NCBI GenBank assembly: GCA_048498835.1
Contig: JBEHXF010000015.1
Span: forward strand, 1-40,766
Source: Chlamydiota bacterium
GTDB taxonomy: Bacteria; Chlamydiota; Chlamydiia; Chlamydiales; SM23-39
Length of the DNA: 40,766 nucleotides
Direction of reading: 5' to 3'
In this document: one piece after another, positions 19,457-28,223 of the stretch
Layout of the letters: every line of letters starts with the position of its first letter
Position numbering within the stretch: the first letter of the stretch is position 1
Notes under the pieces: generated by a model
What the model saw: only the letters and a program-made list of their open reading frames with translations
What the model was told of the DNA's origin: nothing
The model's database searches: none
Translations under genes and position numbers: made by a program

Positions 19457-20254
19457 CTATCCTCCCAAAGGTAAGGAGGATCTACTTTTTTCCAGGCGAT
19501 CTTCGAATTGCTTTGTCTCAAAGAGCATTTTCCCTCGATCTAGAACTTCTTTCTCGAGAATGGCAATCCCCCTTTCACTTCCCCATAGAAAACCAAAATT
19601 TCGAATCAGGGCTCGATTGATCTCAATTTTTCCCTCTAGACAGTTTTTCTTAAGCAATTGATATCCCTCTTTTCCGACATTGAGCCAGACCGGACCGACA
19701 ACAGGCGCGAATCGATACTTTTCTTCGAAAAGAGAGGGATCTATGAAATGCGTTAAAAGAACCAATTCTAAAGCCAATCGGCTCCTCAATCGCGAAGGGG
19801 GAAGGCTGCAGAGTGAATTCATGAGATTTTTCGTCGGTATATTCGCCTGATTCAGGCTACGGAGCCAGCTGCAATAAGTTTCTAATTGTCTTTCCGTTTG
19901 AAGAATTTGCTTTAAGCACAGCCAACTAAAATCAAAAGGAAGAGAGTCTAAAGGCTGAGGATTTCTTTGTCTCCCGACCAAGTGGGTGGACCAACTATTC
20001 TGTTCTGGAAAGTAGCAATAACCCAAAATCGGCAAAGCTTCTTGCAAAGCCTCGTGCCTCGTAACCAATCGCGTATTCTTGATCCAATCAATTTCTCGAG
20101 CGGTTAAAGAGAGAGGTTGGTTGTAGCAAAGGACATGAAGACATTTCTGAAATAACACCTGATGGCGTTTTTGCATCTCCTGGAAAAGGCCGAGAAAGCT
20201 ATTGAATTCATTCTCTACATATCTCTGCTGAGTAGGAAGAATGATACTAGCCAT
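19457..20254 (-). CDS. Hypothetical protein, paralogue of 16758..17573
   Basis: GAGG RBS; stop 2 bp before the glycosyltransferase start; shared blocks with the paralogue. Confidence 0.75.
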   Translation of the reverse strand: MASIILPTQQRYVENEFNSFLGLFQEMQKRHQVLFQKCLHVLCYNQPLSLTAREIDWIKNTRLVTRHEALQEALPILGYCYFPEQNSWSTHLVGRQRNPQPLDSLPFDFSWLCLKQILQTERQLETYCSWLRSLNQANIPTKNLMNSLCSLPPSRLRSRLALELVLLTHFIDPSLFEEKYRFAPVVGPVWLNVGKEGYQLLKKNCLEGKIEINRALIRNFGFLWGSERGIAILEKEVLDRGKMLFETKQFEDRLEKSRSSLPLGG

Positions 20255-20366
20255 ATAGTCGCCTCGATTGGCCAGTAGATTGTAAGTCTTTACTTAAAAT
20301 AGAAGCAAGAGAGCTTTAGAGAGTCTTCGGCAATAAATCTTTGATTCAGTTTGAGGGGATTAACGA

Positions 20367-20442
20367 GAAAGATATCAGCGTAGAGAAAAAGCAGAGGCGC
20401 TGAGACGCAGAGAAGAAATCCGAAAGTAATCAAAATTCAGAA
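20367..20442 (+). repeat. Dispersed ~75-bp repeat, copy 3
   Basis: gatatcagcgtagagaaaaagcagaggcgctgagacgcagagaagaaatccgaaagtaatcaaaattcagaa. Confidence 0.9.
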
Positions 20443-20503
20443 TTTCTTCGAGATGTTGTTAATCCTCAAAAAGGAAATTGTTCTCCTGAAATGAGGGAGG
20501 TTT

Positions 20504-20645
20504 TTAAGTCAGTTTCGGTTTCTTTCCCAAAACCTTCCAATAACCTGGGCCGTAATCAATGATCAGCTCTTCGCCTTTGGAAATCGGCCGGAAACGTCTC
20601 AATGATCACATGAGGCACTTCTCGACCCTAATCAATATAAGCCAT
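20504..20645 (-). pseudogene. C-terminal remnant of a SET-domain lysine methyltransferase
   Basis: MAYID*GREVPHVIIETF, then a frameshift to RPISKGEELIIDYGPGYWKVLGKKPKLT*; GEELxxDYGxxYW is the SET C-terminal signature. Confidence 0.75.
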
Positions 20646-20813
20646 TTTGTACGAGCGTACCCAATTGAGGCCTCAGTTTATAAGAACATCCAATTTTAAC
20701 ATAAAATTAAATTTAAATTTGACTAACAATCATCGCTTTAAAAAAATATAATTTACTTAATTCAGCAAATCTTTTTATACTAAATTGTCCAACAAATAAC
20801 AACTTAAACTATC

Positions 20814-21377
20814 ATGGCTGCACCACCGATTAATCTCTCTTTTGTAAACTCCAACTATTTTGAACGGATACAGCAAATAGTCTCTTTCCAAGATCGGTTT
20901 TTTAGCGAATCATCAAACGTAGAATGGGCAAAAAATGACGCTGGAATTTTAGAGTCTTTAGCGGAGCTTGAAAAGCTCGGCTTTAGCATAGATAAGGAGG
21001 AACGAGTGTTGGGTCCTCAGGGACAATCGTGGCCCTCTTTCAACCATCCCAAATTCCCCTATCTCTCTTACGAAAACTTGTTTACCTCAACTCGCTCGGA
21101 TCCTTTTTACCGTCCCCCATTAGAATTTTATTTATCCAGCGTCTGTCATCTTTTTAATCACACACCGAAATTGGCTTCCGCTGAAGAAAAGGAAGATCAA
21201 TGGCTGAACGCACCCATGCCAGTTGGTTTAAAAAAGCAGATTTTAATCAGAAAAGGATTGAGTCCGAACGGGGCTCAGAAAAAAATTCAAGAAGCAAGCC
21301 AACGATTCTTCAACCAACCGATGGGCCCTTTTCCACAGATCATCTTTGGAGATGAAATGCTCTTATCTGACATGTAA
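20814..21377 (+). CDS. Hypothetical protein
   Basis: 187-aa ORF after an AT-rich promoter region, followed by an imperfect hairpin at about 21383-21407. Confidence 0.7.
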   Translation: MAAPPINLSFVNSNYFERIQQIVSFQDRFFSESSNVEWAKNDAGILESLAELEKLGFSIDKEERVLGPQGQSWPSFNHPKFPYLSYENLFTSTRSDPFYRPPLEFYLSSVCHLFNHTPKLASAEEKEDQWLNAPMPVGLKKQILIRKGLSPNGAQKKIQEASQRFFNQPMGPFPQIIFGDEMLLSDM

Positions 21378-21525
21378 TAGGGGCGCTCAATAAAAATCAT
21401 TGAGTGCTCTTATTTCATAGCAACATTCCATCGCGGCCGTTGCACTAAGAGACTGTTAACCAATTTAGTTTCAGTCGATGTTTTCGGTTCTTTTTCCTTG
21501 GAAAGAAAATCCCAAACTTAAGCAT

Positions 21526-23172
21526 TTACTCTTCGCTTTTTCTTTCTACACCAAACCGCACTCTCTGCGCTCTTTTAAGTTTTTTTTGATGAAGTTCATC
21601 TAAAAATAAATGCGCTTGCGGATCATCCGATGCTTCAATTGCTTGGATACAAGCATCGAAAAATTCAAGACGCATGTGATGATACTCTTCTTCCCCCAAT
21701 GTATTTTTAAGATAGGCAAAAACACATTCAACCGTACAGTTTTTTCCTTTTTGCTCTCTTTGCCAAATGGGATTTTGACTCTCTATTTTTTTCGCTCCTG
21801 GCAGAGCTAAAAGAAAACGATAAAATTCATTAACAGATTTATCGGAATATGTATTGTCTATCAAATTTTTGATCAAAACGGAATCGACACTTTCCTTTGG
21901 AACTTGGAATTGCAACCGTGTTTGATAGCGACCACTCGATCTATCTTGATCATGAAATAATTTCAACCCATTTCCCGAATTGTATAGGTTGAAAATGAGA
22001 TCATTTTTGGTTGGCTCAATTTCTAATAATAGGACGTGGTTTAATACGCCAAGCGAAATAAATCGAGACTTATTGTTATCCATAAGATCTGTATATATTT
22101 CATTTACTGTAGCGTCAGTTAAGCGCTTGTGATCAATTTCTAGTAAAGAAGAGAACGCGTAAATAACGCGTGGATATTTTTGCTTTTTCTTAAAATAATC
22201 ACAAATAATAGAAATAGCGGCGGGTAACGAAATAAAAGAACCCTTTCTTAATATACTATAAAGAAAATATGGACTACTTAAAAAAGAACTGTCTCCAACA
22301 AAATAACCGTTTAGCCATTCCCCCTGAAGTTGATGTTTTACTTCATTTTTTTTTGTAAAGAATTTTCCCCTGCCGTGTCGCTTTCCCTGTTCAAAATCCC
22401 CCTCATAACAGTCGCCATTGGCATAGTAGAAGGTTCCCTTGCCTTGTCGCTCCCCTTGTTCATAATCCCCCACATAACGGTTACCATTGACATAGTAGAA
22501 GGTTCCCCTGCCGTGTCGCCTTCCATGTTCATAATCCCCCACATAACGGTTACCATTGGCATAATAGAAAACTCCTTTACCATGCGCCAAACCGTCTTGG
22601 CTACTCCCCACATAGCTATCTCCATTAGTTAAGTAGCAAATTCCTTGGCCATTAGCTTTATTGTTTTGAAAATCCCCCTCATATCGATTGCCACTGAGAT
22701 AATAGAACTTTCCTTTTCCGTGCCGCTTCCCTTGGCGAAAGTCTCCCTCATATCGCTCTCCAATGCGATAGTAGAACGTTCCCTTACCGTGCGGTTTCCC
22801 GCATTGATATTCTCCCTCATAACGGTCGCCATTGATAAACCAGCAAGTTCCATTGCCATGTCGCTCCCCCTGAAAATAGTCCCCTTCATAGCGGTCGCCA
22901 TTGTGAGGCACCCGATTAACTAACTCGTCTTCATTCCAATCGTCATGGAGATCATGCTCAGTCCCAATATAATCTCTCTCAGGAGCTAATCGTTCGATTT
23001 GGCGTTTACTCCAATAATAAACTTCTGTTGCAGTTGTATAAGCAACAACGCCAGATCCTAAGATGGGTAACACTTGGGAGATAAATGGGAAAGCGGCAGC
23101 AGCTCCCATACAGGCAGCCATACCGATGAGTTTTGGAGAGGAAAAGAAAGAACAGATATCCCGAATTTTCAT
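21526..23172 (-). CDS. MORN-repeat protein (8 full repeats) with N-terminal hydrophobic segment and C-terminal cysteine-protease-like domain
   Basis: 23-aa YEGDF..G.RHG.G..YY repeats; C-domain NHVLLLEIE...LYNSG...QREQKGKNC. Confidence 0.9.
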   Translation of the reverse strand: MKIRDICSFFSSPKLIGMAACMGAAAAFPFISQVLPILGSGVVAYTTATEVYYWSKRQIERLAPERDYIGTEHDLHDDWNEDELVNRVPHNGDRYEGDYFQGERHGNGTCWFINGDRYEGEYQCGKPHGKGTFYYRIGERYEGDFRQGKRHGKGKFYYLSGNRYEGDFQNNKANGQGICYLTNGDSYVGSSQDGLAHGKGVFYYANGNRYVGDYEHGRRHGRGTFYYVNGNRYVGDYEQGERQGKGTFYYANGDCYEGDFEQGKRHGRGKFFTKKNEVKHQLQGEWLNGYFVGDSSFLSSPYFLYSILRKGSFISLPAAISIICDYFKKKQKYPRVIYAFSSLLEIDHKRLTDATVNEIYTDLMDNNKSRFISLGVLNHVLLLEIEPTKNDLIFNLYNSGNGLKLFHDQDRSSGRYQTRLQFQVPKESVDSVLIKNLIDNTYSDKSVNEFYRFLLALPGAKKIESQNPIWQREQKGKNCTVECVFAYLKNTLGEEEYHHMRLEFFDACIQAIEASDDPQAHLFLDELHQKKLKRAQRVRFGVERKSEE

Positions 23173-23377
23173 ATTTGTTTCTATATTAATTTTTTAATAT
23201 TATAAATTAATTACAATAAACTTACTACACTGCATTTTAGAGTGTTTAATGGGATGTGGTTCTAAATAACAACCTACAGAAGTGAGTCACGCTTCTCTAA
23301 GCGCAAAGTAAAAGAGTTAGATTTTTGAATGTGAGAAAGGCTGCTCGAGGCCGACGGTTTCGCTTTATGAAAAGCAT

Positions 23378-24805
23378 CTAGCTCGATTTTCTTTTTTCAC
23401 TGTTCTCCAGTCGCTGAGCTCTTTTGAGTTTTTTTTGATGAAGCTCATCTAAAAATAAGTGCGCTTGCGGATCATCCGATGCTTCAATTGCTTGGATACA
23501 AGCATCGAAAAATTCAAGACGCATGTGATGATACTCTTCTTCCCCCAATGTATTTTTAAGATAGGCAAAAACACATTCAACCGTACAGTTTTTTCCTTTT
23601 TGAGCTCTTTGCCAAATGGGATTTAGGCTCTCTATTTTTTTCGCTCCTGGCAGAGCTAAAAGAAAATGATAAAAATCATGAGCAGATTTAGTTAAATAAG
23701 TGCCATCTAACAAATTTTTGATCAAAACGGAATCGACACTTTCTTTTGGAACTTGCAATTGCAACCGTGTTTGATAGCGACCACTCGATCTATCTTGATC
23801 ATGAAATTGCAACCCATCTCCCGAATTATACAGGTTGAAAATGAGATCATTTTTGATTGGCTCAATCTCTAATAATAGGGCATGGTTTAATACGCTAAAC
23901 GAAATAAATCGAGACTTATTGTTATCCATAAGATCAGTATATATTTCTTTTACTGTAGCGTCAGTTAAGCGCTTGTAAACAATTTCTAGTAAAGAAGAGA
24001 ACGCTTGAATAACTCGTGGATATTTTTGCTTTTTCTTAAAATAATCACCAATAATAGAAATAGCGACGGCTGACGAAATAAAACTATGCCTTCTTAATAT
24101 ACTATTAAGAAAGTATGGGCTACTTAAAAAAGAACTGTCTCCAACAAAAGAATCGTTTAGCCACTCTCCTTGAAGTACAGGTTGGGGTACTTGATTTTCT
24201 TCTGTAAAGAATTTTCCCTTGCCCTGTCGATTCCCTTCCTCAAAACCCCCTTCATACCGAGACCTATTGGAATAGTAGCAAATTCCCTTGCCATGTCGCT
24301 TCCCCTGCTGAAAGTCTCCCTCATATCGACTGCCTCTGGCTAAGCGGCAAGTTCCTCTACCGTGTATCTTACCGTTTTGAACGTCTCCCTCGTAGACAGT
24401 CCCATCAACAAAGTGAAACGTTCCCTTACCGTGTTCTTTTCCCTGCTGAAAGTCCCCCTCATATCGAGAGCCATTGCTATAGTACATTGTTCCTTTACCG
24501 TGCGGATTTCCGCATTGATAATCCCCTATATATTGATCGCCATTGGCATAATATAATGTTCCATTGCTTTGCGCTCCTTTGAGACACTGCTCTGTCCCAA
24601 TATAACCGTCTTCAGGTGCAAGTCGTTCGACCCGGCGTTTATTCCAGTAAAAAACCTCTTTTGCAGTTGTATAAGCAACAACGCTAGATCTTAAGATGGG
24701 TAACACTTGGGAGGTAAATGGTAAGGCAACAGCAGCTCCCATACAGACAGCCATACCGATGAGTTTTGAAGAGGAAAAGAAAGAACAGATATCCCGAATT
24801 TGCAT
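23378..24805 (-). CDS. MORN-repeat protein (5 full repeats), tandem paralogue of 21526..23172
   Basis: Highly similar N- and C-terminal domains and similar upstream regions. Confidence 0.9.
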   Translation of the reverse strand: MQIRDICSFFSSSKLIGMAVCMGAAVALPFTSQVLPILRSSVVAYTTAKEVFYWNKRRVERLAPEDGYIGTEQCLKGAQSNGTLYYANGDQYIGDYQCGNPHGKGTMYYSNGSRYEGDFQQGKEHGKGTFHFVDGTVYEGDVQNGKIHGRGTCRLARGSRYEGDFQQGKRHGKGICYYSNRSRYEGGFEEGNRQGKGKFFTEENQVPQPVLQGEWLNDSFVGDSSFLSSPYFLNSILRRHSFISSAVAISIIGDYFKKKQKYPRVIQAFSSLLEIVYKRLTDATVKEIYTDLMDNNKSRFISFSVLNHALLLEIEPIKNDLIFNLYNSGDGLQFHDQDRSSGRYQTRLQLQVPKESVDSVLIKNLLDGTYLTKSAHDFYHFLLALPGAKKIESLNPIWQRAQKGKNCTVECVFAYLKNTLGEEEYHHMRLEFFDACIQAIEASDDPQAHLFLDELHQKKLKRAQRLENSEKRKSS

Positions 24806-25160
24806 GTCTATTTTCTTGTTATTTTTGTAATATTATAAAATAATAATAGTAAATTTACTACTTTATACTTAAATCAAATAAACGATTTAAAAAAGCAAAT
24901 AAAAATCTGTTCTAGCTAAGTATTATTTAATGGGATGAAGCTCTAAACAACGATCTAAAGAAGAGACTCAAGCTCCCTGCAGAACGCAAAATAAAGAAAG
25001 AGACTTGTGGCCTAGTTTTGCGAAAAGCAATCTAGAATGATTGGCTTTCATCCCTATTTGGTGCAAGATTGGTCTATAAGCAAGGCGATGAAGATGAATG
25101 AAGATCTGAAGGTTAAAGAGACTTATTGCGCTTTCTCAAGAGGTTTGTTAGAATTAGGAT

Positions 25161-25222
25161 AAATGGATTGGGGGTTACCCGGTCGGCGCTAGACCTCGGA
25201 GAGATCCGGGGTCTTTCGCTTT
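25161..25222 (-). ncRNA. Candidate DUF3800-associated structured RNA
   Basis: Minus strand aaagcgaaagaccccggatctctccgaggtctagcgccgaccgggtaacccccaatccattt: hairpin agaccccgga/tccgaggtct plus ggg-taac-ccc, directly after the DUF3800 stop. Confidence 0.65.
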
Positions 25223-26016
25223 CAGGCTTTCGCAAAATCAAGAACTTTCTCAAGATCAAATCTCTTTCTGGCTTCACTATTTTTAGGAAAAATTTTCAAT
25301 CCCTTCTGCAAATAATCTGGGAATTTATGAAATTTTTGCTCAATGATTTTAAAAGCCAGGTTTTCTTCATGAGGTTTTAGTACATGTCGCCCAATTGGAT
25401 AAGCGATTAAATCAGCGAGCTGCAGCCCTATGCTATTCGCTTTTTTATCTCCAAAGATTAATTTCATAGGACACTGATCTTGCCATGGCTTATTTTTTTC
25501 GAGCATGCTAAGAAAGGCTTTCTCTAGTTCCTTGTTCTGATTGTCCATTCTTGATTCAATGACGATATGAGTAGTTCGCCCATTCTGATTCTTTTCCGTA
25601 AGAAATCGATAGAGTCGCTCTAGAGAAAATTGTAGTGCAAGCTTGTATGGATTAGCGGGGGTTACGTATTGTTCCTGAAGCAACCTCTTGTCAATACCAG
25701 TAGCTATAATTGTGAATGGAGAATCCTTGATCGCCTGGCTCAGAGCTGCCATGAAGAGTCCCCTTTGAGCCTGGCCCTGAAGAAAGTGAAAATCGTCAAT
25801 TTGCATTCTGATTTTTTTGCTATGAAGAACGGTCATATCATGACCCCAGGTGGCAAACTTAAACCCCTTTATATGCCTAACTACATCTGTGAGATATTCG
25901 CGTTTAGAAAAAATGCAAAACGCGAGAACAAACACAGGATAATCCTTATCCTCTAACGAAAGGTCGCCGCTTTCGTCAGCATATACAACGTAATCACTAT
26001 AATGATTTTCTCTCAC
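25222..26016 (-). CDS. DUF3800 domain protein (RNase H-like acidic motifs)
   Basis: VYADESGD, YPVFVLAFCIF, LHSKKIR, IVIESR, GLQLADLIAYPIGR. Confidence 0.88.
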   Translation of the reverse strand: MRENHYSDYVVYADESGDLSLEDKDYPVFVLAFCIFSKREYLTDVVRHIKGFKFATWGHDMTVLHSKKIRMQIDDFHFLQGQAQRGLFMAALSQAIKDSPFTIIATGIDKRLLQEQYVTPANPYKLALQFSLERLYRFLTEKNQNGRTTHIVIESRMDNQNKELEKAFLSMLEKNKPWQDQCPMKLIFGDKKANSIGLQLADLIAYPIGRHVLKPHEENLAFKIIEQKFHKFPDYLQKGLKIFPKNSEARKRFDLEKVLDFAKA

Positions 26017-26309
26017 TCTACCACGCAGAAATGGGCCATTTTCTCATGGGACAAAATTTTATTGCAATCGATTGGTATGATTTGAGAAATCTGGGCCCGC
26101 AATTTATGCTTGATTTGACCAAGTCCAATTAGCTCTAAAAATACAGCAGGAGTCCAAATCCATGTAAAATCCGTGTCTGCAAAGTTGGAGTGATATCGAT
26201 CCATCTGATCCAAGAACCGTTCCCAATTTTCAACCGCGACAGTTAACTGTTGCCCTTCCCCAACAAAAGCAATGGGAGACAAAATTGAAGTATCAAAAAA
26301 GAAATTTTT
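26013..26309 (-). pseudogene. Truncated PIN-like fragment
   Basis: Frame extends upstream of the TTG to KNFFFDTSIL; later WIWTPAVFLEL; no start codon upstream before an in-frame stop; too short for a full PIN domain. Confidence 0.4.
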
Positions 26310-26347
26310 CGTTGGCTTTATTTGGGGCGTATTGATCGCATTCTCTT

Positions 26348-26956
26348 CTAATGAATGTATCCTATTGTTAAGGCCAGAATATATTTGTTAATATTAATTC
26401 TTAGTGCCTTAGCATATTGTGAAAGCTTTGGCAAATCGGCTTTTGGTTTGGAAGAAGGTTTTAGATAAGCTTGAAGAGCCTTGATGGCAATTTCGTCACT
26501 TAAAATACGAAATGAATCGACTATGGTTCTTTCACGATCAAAGATTTTTACTTCATAGTTCCCCATCTTCACAGTTGTTAGTCCAAGATTCATATTTCTC
26601 ATTCGAACAATTCGGGTATGGGGGCGCTTCGGACTCTTATCCGTGTTGGGAATGGCAATCCAATACTCCCTCATGATCTGATCGGTCAAATGATAATAAC
26701 AAAGGGCTGAGATGAGACACACCACCCCTCTTGGGATACTCGAAGCAGTCAGCACAAGCTCTTCAAAATCAAGACTGACTCCACTCGAAGCTTCAGCTAC
26801 CCGATATAGTCCGCGCCCGACTCTTTCAATCAGCCCCTTCTGACAAAAATGGGCAAGCATTCGAGTGGGGATGCCCATAGAGCGTGCCTCAGTAGCCTTA
26901 AATATAGGCATTTTCAGAAGCGGTGCAAGAAGATGCTCATATTTAGATTGTTTCAT
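26348..26956 (-). CDS. abiEi: Second AbiEi-family antitoxin, no cognate AbiEii downstream
   Basis: IERVGRGLYR, VCLISALCYYHLTDQI, FDRERTIVDSFR; start placed at ATG 26956. Confidence 0.88.
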   Translation of the reverse strand: MKQSKYEHLLAPLLKMPIFKATEARSMGIPTRMLAHFCQKGLIERVGRGLYRVAEASSGVSLDFEELVLTASSIPRGVVCLISALCYYHLTDQIMREYWIAIPNTDKSPKRPHTRIVRMRNMNLGLTTVKMGNYEVKIFDRERTIVDSFRILSDEIAIKALQAYLKPSSKPKADLPKLSQYAKALRININKYILALTIGYIH

Positions 26957-26963
26957 ATTTCTA

Positions 26964-27012
26964 TATGTAACAGAGGCACTCACTAAACGTCAATGAGTAC
27001 CTGTGTTACATA
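26964..27012. promoter_or_regulatory. Inverted repeat operator upstream of second abiEi
   Basis: tatgtaacagaggcactca-N11-tgagtacctgtgttacata (17/19 match). Confidence 0.75.
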
Positions 27013-27056
27013 ACAAACAAGTGAGCAATTCATTATGCTTAAAAGAGATCCTCACA

Positions 27057-27156
27057 AATGCGCTGCACAACCTTACCCCAAAGAATGATGCATCCTTTGG
27101 GGGCCCTTGATGCTTGCCTGAAATAAGAATCGAACTTGCGATCTTCGCATGACGAA
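27057..27156 (-). repeat. Displaced, permuted copy of the tRNA-Thr-linked repeat (att-like)
   Basis: aatgcgctgc + spacer/palindrome + gcctgaaataagaatcgaacttgcgatcttcgcatgacgaa; similarity begins and ends at the anticodon loop. Confidence 0.9.
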
Positions 27157-27261
27157 CGCTAGGCTATCAACAGATATTCAGCAGGTTATAAAAAATTGAC
27201 CACTCTCAATTGCCTCCAGAAAGTGCATATCTTTTTCTTTAAGAATACCATTTTCCCGGAA

Positions 27262-27307
27262 TCGACATAAACTTATCAGATCGGTTATATTACCTATTAA
27301 ATAGGTA
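27262..27307 (+). promoter_or_regulatory. Putative promoter and palindromic operator for the HTH gene
   Basis: tcgaca-N18-tatatt overlapped by the palindrome tacctatt-a-aataggta (27291-27307). Confidence 0.5.
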
Positions 27308-27312
27308 TACCC

Positions 27313-27648
27313 ATGCTTGAGTATCTTTTTGCGAATAAGAACGTCGAAAAAGTCTTGATGTACTTATGCTTGCATGGCAAAGCTAGCGCGACTGAACTCA
27401 GCCGCTCCTTTGATTCAGCTCTAGATCCAATTCAAAAGACATTGCGGAAATTGGAGAGAGGGGGTCTTTTAGCCAGCTTCCTTGAGGGGAGAACGCGGGT
27501 ATTTCAATGGAATCCCCGTTATCCCTTTCTAGAAGAGATTCAAGCCCTGGCAAAAAAAGCATACAGTTTTTTACCTCCAGATATTCAGGAAGCTCGGTAC
27601 CAATCGACCAAAAGAAAGCGCCCTCGTAAAACGGGCAAGCCTCTATAG
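27313..27648 (+). CDS. Winged-HTH (ArsR/TrmB-like) DNA-binding protein
   Basis: SATELSRSF...IQKTLRKLERGGLL...GRTRVFQWNPRYPF. Confidence 0.85.
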   Translation: MLEYLFANKNVEKVLMYLCLHGKASATELSRSFDSALDPIQKTLRKLERGGLLASFLEGRTRVFQWNPRYPFLEEIQALAKKAYSFLPPDIQEARYQSTKRKRPRKTGKPL

Positions 27649-27653
27649 GAATT

Positions 27654-28040
27654 ATGGATTTTTCAAACCCCGATCTGTAAGAACTTGCCTGCTTGATTTA
27701 CGAGACTCTAAAAAATAGCGGTATTAATGCAGTCTTAGTCGGAGGTGCGTGCGTTTCTATTTACAGTCATAATCGATACCAGTCTTCAGATCTTGATTTT
27801 GCAACCTACGAAGAGATGAAACCGATAGAAAAGGCTTTGACAAAACTCGGCTTTAAAAGAACAGGCCGCCAGTTTTCTCATGATCAGTGCCCTATCTCAT
27901 AGACTTTGTAAACCCTCCCATCTCTATTGGTCATGAAGCATCCCACGAATTCACTACTCTAAACACTTCTGTTGGCTCCTTGCAACTCCTCTCTTTTACC
28001 GATTGCGTTAAGGATCGTCACGCCTCTTTCTTTCACTGGG
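27654..28040 (+). pseudogene. Nucleotidyltransferase-like protein, disrupted
   Basis: ATG 27654, in-frame TAA at 27678-27680, AVLVGGACVSIYS...SSDLDF motif, frameshift near 27890 (CP/YLIDFVNPP), apparent truncation after FFHWG. Confidence 0.75.
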
Positions 28041-28106
28041 GTGAGGTTCTCGGTTATATTCTTTCCAGTTACGGATACGGTGCTAACCTTTTTTCTTGAG
28101 AATCAT
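28041..28106 (-). mobile_element. Possible N-terminal remnant of an IS5-family (IS903-like) transposase
   Basis: MILKKKG*HRIRNWKEYNR resembles the RxRNWxxYN N-terminal motif; no terminal inverted repeat identified. Confidence 0.4.
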
Positions 28107-28223
28107 ACTGAGCTTAAAAGTTTTTTCTGTTCAGTAAACATGCCCACTCTTTTGCTGGCATACATCTCAATAACCATAGATAGGTATGGCAAAATATATG
28201 GGTATCTGGAAACATCATGAGGT

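Noticed and set aside
21526..24805. Diversity-generating retroelement TR/VR pair
   Set aside because: No reverse transcriptase; similarity spans whole genes and differences are not adenine-specific; explained by gene duplication
13840..27680. Stop-codon reassignment as the cause of in-frame stops
   Set aside because: The stops are of different types (TAG, TAA), co-occur with frameshifts, and all three stop codons end conserved genes normally
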